A DNA stretch of 64,000 nucleotides from Octopus sinensis (GCF_006345805.1 NC_043013.1:37262001-37326000); one strand, 5' to 3'; shown: positions 13,515 through 25,930, counted from the stretch's first letter. Program-made: numbers and translations. Notes: generated by a model not told the origin, from the sequence alone.

Positions 13515-13722
13515 AAAAACTTAGAGTCATTGTTTCCGACACTACGTTCTGAGTTCAAATTCAATCCGAGTGAAATGCTTTCCGTTCTGAGTTCAAACTC
13601 CGCCGTGGTCGACTTTGCCTTTCATCCTTTCGGGGTCGATAAATTATGTACCATTTGCGTACTGGAGTCAATCTAATCGGCTGGCCCCTCCGCCACAATT
13701 TCGTTCCTTGTACCTGGAATAG

Positions 13723-13724
<2 letters not shown>
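13515..13724 (+). mobile_element. SINE family C (gttctgagttcaaattccgccg...ggtcgataaatt)
   Basis: B-box-like GAGTTCAAATTCC, with cgttctgagttcaaa locally duplicated. Homologous to 21575-21715, 31615-31826, 40685-40865 and 50690-50822. Confidence 0.8.
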
Positions 13725-13773
<49 letters not shown>

Positions 13774-13778
<5 letters not shown>

Positions 13779-14161
13779 TTATATAAACGGCAGTTTGGTC
13801 TGTGCGTGTTTCTGTGTGTCTGTTTGCTTGTACCCTCACCCTGACCACGGCTTTCAACCGATTCTGATGAAACTTGACACACACATAGCCCAATGTCATA
13901 ATTCAAAACTAACGCAGCGAAAAATTTTGAAAAGTTCACAGTTCTGAAAAAAATCGATAATTCGACAGGGGTCGAGAATCAGAAACCACAAACCGCAAAC
14001 TGTCTAGGGGACGCAACTCCACCTTTTTACCATCATTTTTTACCATCATTTTTTACCATCATTTTTTTCCATTTTTTTGCTATTTTGTGGCTATAACTCT
14101 CTAAAAATGCTTTATAGTTATTTCCCTTACAAACCTGAGCAACGCCGGGCGATACTGCTAG
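13774..14161 (+). mobile_element. Non-autonomous Helitron
   Basis: Starts A|TCTCTTTATATAAAC, ends gagcaacgccgggcgatactgCTAG|T. Inserted in a (TA)n tract; internal (TTTTTACCATCA)x3. Confidence 0.85.
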
Positions 14162-15053
14162 TATATATATATATATATATATATAGTTTATATATTTGTT
14201 TTGCAAGATTCTTGATGCGGAATCGTGTGTTTAAACAGATATTGTTGTATTTAGAAATGGCTGATCGTTAGTTAGGAGAGACACACATATAAGAAAGAAG
14301 AAACCAAAGGACCACTAATGAGGTCACAGAAGTGTGTCGAAAGGACTCTGGCCGAAATAAGATTAATGTAAAAATGAATAAAGCTGAAGTAAATTAAACA
14401 CCATATATATAGTTCATGTGCTTTATTGGCTATACTGGCACCATGACCATTCCTAAATACAACAATATATATGTGTGTGTGTGTGTTTGTGTGTATGCAT
14501 ATTTATTTATATTACATGTTTCGTCTTTGAACTACGGTCATGCTGGGGTACATCTCATAATTACCCTAGTAATTACTTTCAAATAGTACTTATTTTTCAG
14601 CCCATTATAGGTGAACCAATATTTTGTGGGTGTTATGGTGGCATAAACAAAATAACAATGGTTGACAAGTTTTATTAGAGGGCAAATACAAGCACGCCCG
14701 CACACACACACACACACACACACATGCGACAAGCTTTTTTCTTTCTCCATCTACCTAACTCACTCAAAATGCTTTAGTTGGCCCTGGCCTATAACGGAAA
14801 ACACTTGCGCAGGGTATCTTACACCGAGATTTCAAGGGTCTAAGATTTTGTTTTACACAGTTTAAAGTTTCGAGTCTTTTTTTAATGGATTGCGATCACT
14901 AAATTTTGCCTAAAATGCAAAGAAATATGACACGGATATATGCTTCAACTGGTATTTTTATTACTTAAACGACTTAACGTCAGTAAAAATACACGTGTGC
15001 TCGCAGGCCTGTATCTTCGTGTGTAGCTGTATAGGTGTATATATATATATATA

Positions 15054-15365
15054 TCACCGTGATCACCGTGACCGACCAGGCTATCAGATGTGGCTACACA
15101 TCGCTGGTCACAATGCGCTTTGCATTATTTTAGCCTTCAAGTGACGCCACCCCGCTGGCTAAGCGAGCAGGCCAACAGAAGGAAGAGTGAGAGAAAGTTG
15201 TGCCGAAAGAGTACAGCAAGGATCGCTACCACCCCCTGCCGGAGCCTCGTGGAGATTTAGATGTTTTCGCTCAATAAACACTCACAACGCCCGGTCTGGG
15301 AATCGAAACCACGATCCTACAACCTCGAGTCTAGTGCCCTTACCACTGGGCCATTGCGCCTCCAC
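15054..15365 (-). mobile_element. tRNA-derived SINE, family B, full length
   Basis: Reverse strand GTGGAGGCGCAATGGCCCAGTGG (A box)...GGTTTCGATTCCC (B box); same tail as 4082. Confidence 0.9.
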
Positions 15366-17550
15366 AAACACACACACAACACATATATCCTGGCGTTGTG
15401 CATTTCTGACTATGTGTGTGAGTTTGTCTCTGTCTGAAACAATGTAGCGATTTTGACGTGAGCGTATATATTCTTTTAATCTGTTGCACTCATGGACCAG
15501 GTCTCTCTTAATTCATTTGTATTAAGTACTTTAACGATAATTTAGTCCTAGATATTAAAATATACATGGTGTTCACAGATGGAGTTTCTGGGCTGATAGA
15601 TCTGCTAAGTCACAGTTGGCTTTCGGATAAACAACAGCAATAAGCGTCTAATCAATAGACAAATGTTCTGGCGTCTTATTGTACATCATAACGTGATTTG
15701 TTATTGGAAGCCATGTAGGTGTAAACATATTTAATTATTTAGACGTTTTAAATATTCATTTCTAATGAAAGAATAACAATATTCATCGCTCTTTGATACG
15801 CGTCTTTTCATTGACTCTCAAGGAGAAAAACATACGGTCATTTTGTTCTCTTTGCGACTTACTGTGTTAAGTCTAGACTTGCAGTATGTTCGTATTTATT
15901 TGTGTCCTTTACCAACCCAGAGAAGCTGGTTCAAAGTTTAATTGATAAATGGAACAAATAGAAGTTAACTTCACTTGGAGAATGACATTAAATGCTTGAA
16001 AGAGATTGGATACTCTGAAAATCGCTAAGGTGTCAGCGTGTGGAATTAAAAATAACCGACAATGTATTTCTTTGAGAAAATTTTTTTAGGGATTAAATTG
16101 TTAAGTATACAACTATATCTCATATTTGTTATCGTGTGTACAGGAAATATAAACACCCAGAGATTATATGCGTTTATCTTATCTCCGTCAATGATAAAAT
16201 CAGACAGCTGAAAGACAGAGTAATTACTTATATAGTCAAAACATCAGGCACGTGGTTATAATTCCAATCAATATGCTTACACCTTTAGAATCACTTTTAA
16301 ACTATCTTCATATCATTTTGTCAATTTATTCTCTTACGCATTTGCAATTGTTCGGGTCATTAACCTCACAAGTATTATTTCAGCTAGTTGCCTCAACACA
16401 TCTTGTTGGTCAATTGACAGTGACTGAATGCTTTATATTCCACTTATATGATTCAATCGTCGAATGGATAACAGCATAATTACTGTAAAATGAAAATATA
16501 GATTCCATTTCGAGTGAAGATCAGAGTTAAGTATACTTCGAAGTTTCGCACATCCGACACACGATCAGTGATCATGTCTTCCATTAAAAAGTTTATATTT
16601 AAAAGCATATAATTGCACGTTTAAAAAAAATGCATCGGGTTTAAATGCGAAATTAATCGGCCGAAGATAATTAAGACCTTAATAAAAAAAATATGTATAT
16701 ATATATATAATTTGAAAAATAATCAATCAATTGGCGGAGACTGCATCAATGTTTCAATTCCGAGATGAAAACCGTTTTCTTTCTTGAACGTCAATATTTT
16801 GTGAATGATGTCGATGGGAAAATAATGTCGTATTTACCTATCCACTTATACACTAAAACATGTTATGGATTTCCTATTTTATTAAATTTTACAATCAATA
16901 ATACTAAACACTTTGATTTATTATTTCTTATTCTCTCGATTTTTTTAACGTCTCTGTTATTTTATTTTGTTAGAGGTTTATTCGGCGTATTGTTTAACAT
17001 CTTTCGCTTTTGTTATTTTTTCGTATATTTTTTTCTCTTTCTTTCATCAAACGCTTCAAAATAAAATCAATACTTCCATGTTGAAATGGTAAAATATTCC
17101 GCACATATAGTTAAGTAAATATTTGCTTATAGAATGTTAATATTTATTTAGTACTGTAGGAATCTGGTAAGAGATGTTCGTTTTGAGTAGAGAGATCTCC
17201 TTATTTTCCCTTTTTTTAACGCTTCAGAACTATCATCATCATCATGATCATCATCATCATCATCGTCGTCGTGGTTGTTGTTGTTATTGTTATTTCGCAT
17301 TTTCTTATTGTCTTTTTGACGAACATTATAAGTAACATGTGTCAATGAATTAAAGCAAACTTGCAGATGTTGTGAGGAACACGTCAACTAAGATGTTTGT
17401 TAAACCTATGATAACACATCTTCGAGTACAAATGTCTCTATACGTAGGTAAGGAGGGATGAACCGTTACGTTTGCTTACAAATAATTATACAAGCATACA
17501 TACACCCGCATATACACGCATATACATGTATGTATATGTATATATATATA

Positions 17551-17593
<43 letters not shown>

Positions 17594-17606
17594 TGTGTGT
17601 AGGTTC

Positions 17607-17853
17607 AGGCGCGGCTGTGTGGTAAGAAGCTTGCTTCCCAACGACATGGTTCCGGGTTCAATGGTCAAGTGTCTTCTATTATAGATTTGGGCCGATCTTC
17701 TTTCAGTTTCCGCCCACCAAATCCACTCATAAGGCTTTGGTTGGCGCGAGGCTATAGTAGAAGACACTTGCCCAAGGCGCCACGCAGTCGGACAGAACCC
17801 GTAACCATGTGGTTGGCAAGCAAGCTACTTACCACATAGCACTCCTGCGCCTA
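17607..17853. mobile_element. Inverted pair of family A SINE heads (+ 17607-17698, - 17699-17853)
   Basis: ggctgtgtggtaagaagcttgcttccca... is followed directly by the reverse complement of the same head. Confidence 0.85.
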
Positions 17854-17857
17854 TAAT

Positions 17858-18025
17858 GAGAACTTCTGGGTCGTAATGGATCGAGCACTTCATAACAAGA
17901 AAAGGGAAGCATCTTCAAAGCCACATATTTTAAGATTACTGCATGAAACTTGGCAAGAAATATTAGTAATGCCTAATAGGGTCCCTGCATTGAAAAACAT
18001 AATGGGCATGTCTACTAAATATTAA
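17858..18025 (+). mobile_element. Tc1 transposase C-terminal fragment
   Basis: Open frame ENFWVVMDRALHNKKREASSKPHILRLLHETWQEILVMPNRVPALKNIMGMSTKY*, matching Tc1 IEN-W...E-W-I...MP-R-A...G-TKY*. Confidence 0.8.
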
Positions 18026-18151
18026 ATATTCACATTATAACAATTAATAAATAATTTGAATATATAATTTCAGATTGAAACAAATTTTAATGATTATATA
18101 TGTATCCATTTACTTCTATCATATCAGTGTGCGTGTGTGTGTGTATAGAAT

Positions 18152-18221
<70 letters not shown>

Positions 18222-18287
18222 CAGACAGATACACAGAAAGGTATCTATAATAATGTACACAAATAAAACACTCACATACAAACGCGA

Positions 18288-18356
<69 letters not shown>

Positions 18357-18808
18357 CTTAAACCTTATTCCATATATATATACTTAAACCTATATATATA
18401 TATATATATATATACGCGTCTATACGAATGCGTATGTAAGCTTTTATGTGTGTGCATAATGTACACCAACCAACCTCCTTATAATGCTTCGTGCTAGTGT
18501 TCAGGAATTTGGAGGACAATGAAAGACATCTACCCTAGAATCTGCTGAACATACGAGTCTTTTTCGTAGACATTTACGCTGCAAAAATTACACCGGAATG
18601 GTTTGAAGGTCTCCGCATTTCAGATTCTCGTGTGAAATGTTATATAGAAGGTGTTTCAGACACTGACTATACGCATATATGTATACAAAGTACACAAATG
18701 CACATACACACACACACACACACCCATGCTCATATATGCAGATATATATATATTTACACACACATATATATATATACATATATATTCATATATACATGCA
18801 TATATACA

Positions 18809-18858
<50 letters not shown>

Positions 18859-19068
18859 TATTTATATACATATATATATTATATATATATATATATCTCT
18901 ATATATATATATATATACACTACATATATAATATATATACATACATCTAAATATACATATACATATACAATATAAATAATATACATATACATTAAATTAT
19001 ATATATATATTATATATATATATACATATACATCTACATATATATATATCTATATCTATCTATCTATC

Positions 19069-19127
<59 letters not shown>

Positions 19128-19508
19128 TGCGTATATACAACGCCCAGGGACACGGCCAAGCAGAAATACACATGCACACACGCATCCATAAATAAACGGA
19201 TATATAAATTGACGTATATATCAATGTGTATTGATGTGTACGTGCTTCATTGGTGAAACTCGTTTTTTCGAACTCAAGGTTTCGAGTACATCTCACTCCA
19301 TGGAACACTGGTATAGCCTACTATAGCCTGCCGTAACTTCGATCAAATATTTTTTTGTGGATTTGGTGCAAAGAAATTGAAAAGAAACCTGCGTATATAT
19401 ACTGCTTTCAAATTTTTTTGCAAGACCAGCACATTTCTGGGAAGAGTGTAAATAGGTTATATCGGCACCAGTACTTGACTTTTCTTTATTTTATGGACCT
19501 CGAATAGA

Positions 19509-20130
19509 TGTATACACATTAACGATTCGCTAAATCATCAATAGATTTTTATGGTGGAAACGCATATACTTACAAAGAATACAGTTCTGGTCTGACAGTT
19601 TCGAACATTCCTTACTGATTGGGCCACGAAGCGGACCGGTCAGAATAGGAAATTCTCGACCGGTGTTTTCTGGCGATTATAGTACCTCTCAGTATATAAT
19701 TATGCGCTTTCACTACAGCATTAGAACATTTTAGCTCTTATTTCTAGAAATAGTGTTTCTAACACCCTAGTCGTGTTTAGTCAGGATTATACTTTTTCAT
19801 TTCGGTAAAACATGGCACACTGCTGTCTATATTAGTTTTCTGTATACACATTAGGACTTCGCTAAATCATCCATAGATTTTTATGGTGAAAACATATATA
19901 TATACTGACAGGGAATTCATCCCACAATCTGCCAATTCGAACAATGCTTACTGATGAGGCAACGGAAATTGCTGAAACTGACCGGTCATTATATGAAATA
20001 CTCGACTGCTGTTTTAGGGTGACTGTAGTGTCGTCAGTATGTATGAATACAATTATGTTCTTTGACTATAGCACTATACCTTCTTAGCTCTTATTTCTAG
20101 CAATATGGGTGGTTCTAACAGTCCAGTCAT
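19509..20130 (+). repeat. Diverged ~332-336 bp head-to-tail duplication, each unit with a hammerhead-derived motif
   Basis: tgtatacacatt...cgctaaatcat..atagatttttatggtg at 19509 and 19841; ttagctcttatttctag at about 19731 and 20084. HHR-like cores at 19615 and 19951. Confidence 0.85.
19943..19999 (+). ncRNA. Near-intact type I hammerhead core
   Basis: CTGATGA (19951-57), G-GCAA[CGGAAA]TTGC-T, GAAA (19974-77), C, palindrome TGACCGGTCA, then TTA. Helix I is weak, with G10.1.U11.1 and a C15.2xU16.2 mismatch. Confidence 0.55.
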
Positions 20131-20958
20131 ATACGTGTGTGTATGCGTACATACATATACGCATTAGTAAATACACACATAGCATATGAAGTAACATGTA
20201 TACAGATTTTCGTCTATGGTATGCGAATAAGTTTAATTTAATCGGTTGTGCACCATGTAAATATTGCCCTTCCCAGGCTGAGTGGAAGTGATCTTTCTCC
20301 CAGTTTTTGTAAGGTCTCTGAAATGACGTGTTGGTTCACAAGAGGCGTGTGGGTTTCATTACCCATTAGTGCATGCAGTAGCAGAATAAATCTAAATGGG
20401 GAAGTCAACATTAGTTCGTAAACCTGCACGTATTAGACGCATTCCTGCAATGAACAGCCTGTAAAATACGTAAAATATCTGTAGGAATCGCCATATGTTT
20501 CTCACTCAACCTTCATTTAGTAGTTAGCATTCCAGCTGAGACCATTCCTGATTAGGACTTCCTTATTCAATATCTCTTAGCGTTAAGACGGTAAGGTGTG
20601 ATATGAGGTACGTTTCACCGTTGTGTCCAGGTACGGAAACACTATTTCTGAATTGCTAACCTCTTGTTGTTGTTGTCGTTGTTGGAGTTCGTAGTCGTGG
20701 TTGTGGTGTTGATAGAGGTGAATTTCAGGTCAGCGCTGGTTGATCTACGCTTAATGACATTGCAGCCAAAACCATTTCACGTTTCAGATTTATTTAATCT
20801 CAAACCATGATGTTAAAATTCTTCACCGTTTCCCAACACATGCGCTTGTCTTACTGAGACCTAGAAAGCAATAGTTATGATTGAAGAATTTGGATGCTAT
20901 TTCTAGCAAATTTACTGAGCATTTAAATGCTCTCGTTCTGAAGAAGGATTATTTTACA

Positions 20959-21350
20959 CTAGCAGTATCGCCCGGCGTTGCTCGGGTTTGTAAGGGAAAT
21001 AACTATATAATAATTTTTAGAGATGTAAAGTATAATAGCCATCTCAATATGGCTAACCACAAAGGAGGGGGTACTGTAGCTTTTTACGTTCTGAGATTTA
21101 ATAATACATTTTTAGAGAGTTACTTCACTTATATATGCCAAAAATGCATTAAAAAGGAGACAAATTGATGGTAATTTTTTTTAAATCGTAGACTCATCGT
21201 AGACGCGCGCTAATACCCAGAAGGGATCGGTATGAATCACGACTATAAGATACTCGGTTTTGGTTAAACTGCACCGCAAAATGTGGTAGTAGTTAGGAAT
21301 CTAAATCGTAGGAGACAGACAGCACACAACCTCACTTTTATATATAAAGA
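20959..21350 (-). mobile_element. Non-autonomous Helitron
   Basis: Minus strand A|TCTTTATATATAAAAGTG...cccgagcaacgccgggcgatactgCTAG|T. Canonical A|T insertion with no TSD; the last ~50 nt are nearly identical to the end of 13774-14161. Confidence 0.9.
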
Positions 21351-21574
21351 TTGTGCAAGTACTTGGGACAACTGTGGAGACTAAACATTTCAGGATGGTA
21401 TCCCAGTATGGACATATTATAGTAGCTAATAGTTAACAGATAAGAAATAATAACGCTTCCTTATATAGTGTTCATCTCCACGTCGACTTTGCACAAAGAT
21501 TTTTGCAAAATTTTATTCCACGATTTTTATTCATCTTACTGAACGATTCATCTCTTTCCATTGTTTGTCGGATA

Positions 21575-21715
21575 CAATTTCAAATTCCGCCGAGCTCAAC
21601 TTTGCCTTACATCCTTTTAGGGTCGAAAAATTAACTACCAATTGCGTACTGGGGTCGATGTAATCGACTGGCCCTCTCGCTCAAAATTTTGGAGCTTGTG
21701 TCTAGAGTAGAAGAG
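21575..21715 (+). mobile_element. SINE family C fragment
   Basis: caaattccgccgag...ggtcgaaaaattaactaccaattgcgtactggggtcgatgtaatcgactgg. Confidence 0.8.
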
Positions 21716-21972
21716 ATTATATATCAAATGCGATACAGATGCAATACAAGTAACATGTAACCCAGAAGATCCTGTTGTATATTCTAAGCATCGGTGTCTC
21801 AACTATAAACATCACCAAGCCTGTAAAGTGTGTACGTCGATGGAGTTTGAACATCTTGTGGAGGAAAAAAGAAAAACAAGTTAACACAAAACCCGTCAAT
21901 ATGCGTTTGAACTCAGAAGAATCAGCGGCCATCCAATTGTATAATGCATGTAAGTAGACTCGAGGACTTTTA

Positions 21973-22060
21973 AATCTCAGGTTAAATCATTTAGACGTGT
22001 AGAGAGGTTTGGAATCTCAGGTTAATACATTTAGACGTGTAGAGAGGTTTGGAATCTTAG
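21973..22060. repeat. 40-bp tandem repeat, about 2.2 copies
   Basis: aatctcaggtta..catttagacgtgtagagaggtttgg repeated at 21973 and 22013. Confidence 0.9.
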
Positions 22061-22439
22061 CCGTAGGGAAGATAACTAAACCAGAGCGTGTAGAAATCTA
22101 AAAGCAAATCCACGGGTATGGTGATCGTTCGTTAAGACATGTGGCCGGTGCCTAATTATTGTACTAGGACACCAGACGTGTTCATAAATACTGTCTGGCA
22201 TACTCTCAACACATGAACTAGTAGTAGCACATAAAAAACATACTGTATCTCACGGGACGGAGTACTTTCTATGCTAATTTTACCATCGCGGAACAGTACA
22301 CTATATATATATATAATATAAATTCTATAATTTTGAGAATAATTATAGAATTTTTGTATATGTTGCGATAATGGTTCTTTTAAGATACTGAACTACTTGG
22401 TAAATTGTTAATTATTAATTTATTATTAATTTTACCCTT

Positions 22440-22475
<36 letters not shown>

Positions 22476-22597
22476 ATTATATATATATATATAATATATA
22501 TATATATATTATATATATTTATATATATATTTATATGTATATATGTATGTATGTATGTATGTATACATGCATGTATGTATGTATACACCTATGTATG

Positions 22598-22805
22598 TGT
22601 CTTTGTGTCTGTGTTTGTCTCCACTGTCGCTGGACAGCGGGTGCTGGAGACTTCACGTGTTCGTAAGTTAGCTATTCGGAAGAAGCTCCGACAGAATAAG
22701 AACTAGGCTTACGAAGAAAATTGATGGTATCGATTCGTTCGACTAAAGTTCTTCAAGGTACAGCCCCAGCATTGCCGCAGTCTAATAACTGAAACTAATA
22801 AGAGA
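22598..22805 (+). mobile_element. SINE family A, diverged 3' half
   Basis: Begins at a microsatellite; gacagaataagaactagg...ttcgactaaag...actgaaac. Confidence 0.65.
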
Positions 22806-23264
22806 TAGATGATAACTTCTTTTTTCCATACTCAAAACTTTACTGGTTTTTTTCTGTTCTATTTTATATGTTCTTAGTGCTTTCACACTGGTTGATGCCC
22901 TCTTATATAAAGAACTTATGGCATGGTGGTAGCGAAAGCGCCGTAAATTAAGAAGTTAATGTGGGTAACAGTATCATCCATCCATACAGACTACTGATGT
23001 TTTTGCTATGCAATGAAATGAAGAACGCAAACATGTCTTAAGTTGAAATATATTTGTTCAGAGGATTGCTCAAGGAAGGCCATTTTAAGTATATCATGTT
23101 TTAAAATATGTGCTTATTACTTTCAATAATGGTGCATAACAAATCTATATAGATAAGTTTTATACTTCTCGCGAGGAACCAGAACAAAATATACAAAATA
23201 AGACATATTAGTTTCGTTATTGGAGGTATTGGGAACTATATTTAAAAGATGAACGTAACATTTG

Positions 23265-23323
<59 letters not shown>

Positions 23324-23350
23324 TGTGTGTGTGTGTGTGTGTATATGTAA

Positions 23351-23510
23351 GAAGGATGACCTGTAAATGGACATCCATTATGCTAGAAGAAGATCCGCTA
23401 TTGATTGTTCTCAAGACAATTATTTTCTTGAGAACATTCCTTTCTCGGCGGTAACACCATAGTGGATCTTCTTCTAGCATAATGGATGTCCACTTACATG
23501 TCATCCCCCC
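23351..23510. mobile_element. MITE-like hairpin element with 47-bp inverted arms
   Basis: 23354-23400 versus the reverse complement of 23460-23506: 44/47 match. Internal 11-bp hairpin tgttctcaaga/tcttgagaaca; flanks GTAA / TTAA. Confidence 0.8.
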
Positions 23511-24039
23511 TTAATATGTATGCAATAAATTTTTTTCTGAAAATTCAGATTTTTCAATATGCTAGACCACTGGTTTTAAATTGATATTAATCAAATTAAT
23601 ATTCAATTTTTCACACTTATTATTTTAAATATATATATATATATATACAAATTATGATACAAATCTGTGTTCAACTGTAGAGGTACTTATGTTGTACCGG
23701 TGATCTCACGGGTGAGTATTATTTTTTCCTTGCGTTAATTCGTAAATATTCAATCATATGATATATTGTTGAGGAAATACGTTTGTGCAAACATGCGCGT
23801 ATATATTTGTATACTGGAATTAATACTACAGGAATACGATTAGGAATACGATTAGGAAACGGCTGTAATAATTTGGAAGTCATCAACCAAAAATTACCGT
23901 TCACTCTGCACTAGTATTACGCTTTATGTATAATATATATATATATATAATATATTATATATATATATCTATATATATATATATATATCTATATATATTT
24001 AAAAAAGGAGATGTGGAACACGAGTTGTGATATATAAAA

Positions 24040-24278
24040 AAGGAAATGAAGAGAATGTTGACAAAATAATTTAAGTAATTTAAGTAATTTAATTAGGTGA
24101 TAGTTCTTTTTACCGGTTGCGCATTGTTATGCTTATCACAAAGATATCTTTTAAGAGAGATGGAGTTCTTTCTTATAGATTTTTCCTCTTATCTGGAATG
24201 CGCAACCGTAAAAAGAACTTCACCTAATTAAATTACTTAAATTACTTAAATATTTTGTCAGCATTTTCTTCATTTCCT

Positions 24279-24279
<1 letters not shown>
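24040..24279. repeat. Foldback: ~85-bp inverted arms with ~70-bp spacer
   Basis: 24040-24125 is the reverse complement of 24197-24279 with few differences. Arms contain the (atttaagta) repeat; adjacent to (TA)n. Confidence 0.9.
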
Positions 24280-24321
<42 letters not shown>

Positions 24322-24324
24322 TAT

Positions 24325-24545
24325 ATATGAAAAAAACAGTCAAGAAGATTCAGTACCGGTTCCGGTCATTTGAGACCTTTTGAACTGTAACTATTAAATA
24401 ATTAAATTTAGAAAAATTAACAGAAGAGTTTTTTTTAAAAGAATATTTGTATACTGTTCAAACATAAGTGGCATTTCCCTTGTTTTTGCCTGTCTCCGTC
24501 TCTCTTGTTTACTCTTGTGGGTTCAAGGTTCATGTGAATTCTTGG
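24325..24545 (-). mobile_element. Dispersed repeat with hammerhead-like 3' half (putative Penelope-like terminus)
   Basis: Homologous to 62095-62325 (aaaaatt.acag, ttgttt.tgcctgt.tc.gtctctcttgt.tactcttgtgggtt). Minus strand has GGTC[TCAAAT]GACC-GGAA-CCGG-TA. Confidence 0.65.
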
Positions 24546-24733
24546 TAGGGAAGAAGAAGAAGAAGAAGAAGAAGAAGAAGAAAAAGAAGAAGAAGAAGAA
24601 GAGTGTGGCTTATTAGCAATTAGAAACCTAATAGCAATATTAATAGAGGTCACAAACGTGACGGAGGGTGCTGATTAGCACCGCTTATGCTAAAATAACT
24701 CCAAAGCCACTAACCCTTATTTTATATATATAT

Positions 24734-24786
<53 letters not shown>

Positions 24787-25551
24787 CTAATAGTCATATT
24801 GTTATATTGTTATGTTTCGGGACGGTCATTTGTCACGTACTATACATTCGATTTATTATGCTCTTGTTTTATGTCTTGTTTTTTTTTTGATTTTTTAAAA
24901 ATTTTATCTAGTTTCAGCTCACGAACTGTGGCCATGCTGGGGCACCGCTATGTCTAGAAAAATTTCGTTATTCATGCTGTAGCCTCTTCAGCGACTCCTA
25001 ACACGATGTCTCCTCTTCTGTTCTGTTTAGCTTATCCACATGTATACATATGATACACCACACACACACACATATATTTATAATCAAATAATCTTAAATC
25101 TCCTGTTGCAATCTACACTGGAATGTACGATGTACTTCACCCACATTGGTGACTTAATTAGTTATATATATCTTATTTCGTTTTAAAGACCGCAACGTAA
25201 AATAAGTTTATACGAAAATAAGTGCACATAGCTTAAAACATCAAACATTTGCACCAACAAATTTGTTAGCTAAACAAATATTGATGGTTATATACGGTGT
25301 CTACTAGAGTGTAACTCCGCAAGTGTTTGTATTTAAATTAGCGCGTACTCGAATGAATTCACAAGTAGGTGTGTTCATGTGTTCACCCGTATCTTCCGAG
25401 TAACATTATCCCCATGAATATATATACATACATATTTTTAAACTTTGCTCTTTTTTTCTATTGGCTTGTTCTCGAAGTACGGTCTGTACATATGCTCTGC
25501 TCATTATATATGTGTGTCCGTACGAATATATATACATATATGTATATATAC

Positions 25552-25598
<47 letters not shown>

Positions 25599-25653
25599 TA
25601 CATATATGCATACACACACGCACACCTATATATATGTATATGTATATACATAC

Positions 25654-25930
25654 GCAGGCATGGTTGTGTGGTAAGAACCTTGCTTCCTATCGAGTTGGGT
25701 CCAGGTCACTTGCGCCCAGTAGAACCCTGGGTAAGTTCTTTCTTCTATAGCCTCGGGCTATGGTCCCATTGGTGTATATTTGGTAGACGGAAACTGAAGG
25801 AAGCCCGCCCTTTATATCTATATGCATACATATACATATGTGTGTGTATCTGTGTGTATATGTTTTTCTCCCTCACCACCAACATGGACAACTGGTTTTG
25901 GTGTGATTACATCTCTCGTAATCAATGGTA
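25654..25930 (+). mobile_element. SINE family A, diverged, 3' truncated
   Basis: Head, ggtagacggaaactgaaggaagcccg, internal microsatellite, start of the 3' module. Confidence 0.75.

Noticed and set aside
15054-15365. tRNA gene call for SINE heads
   Set aside because: A and B boxes are present, but the heads are fused to SINE bodies and I could not form a full cloverleaf.
20238-20429. ORF with faint mariner-like words (ETLQKLGE)
   Set aside because: Motifs do not line up consistently and no TIR is present.
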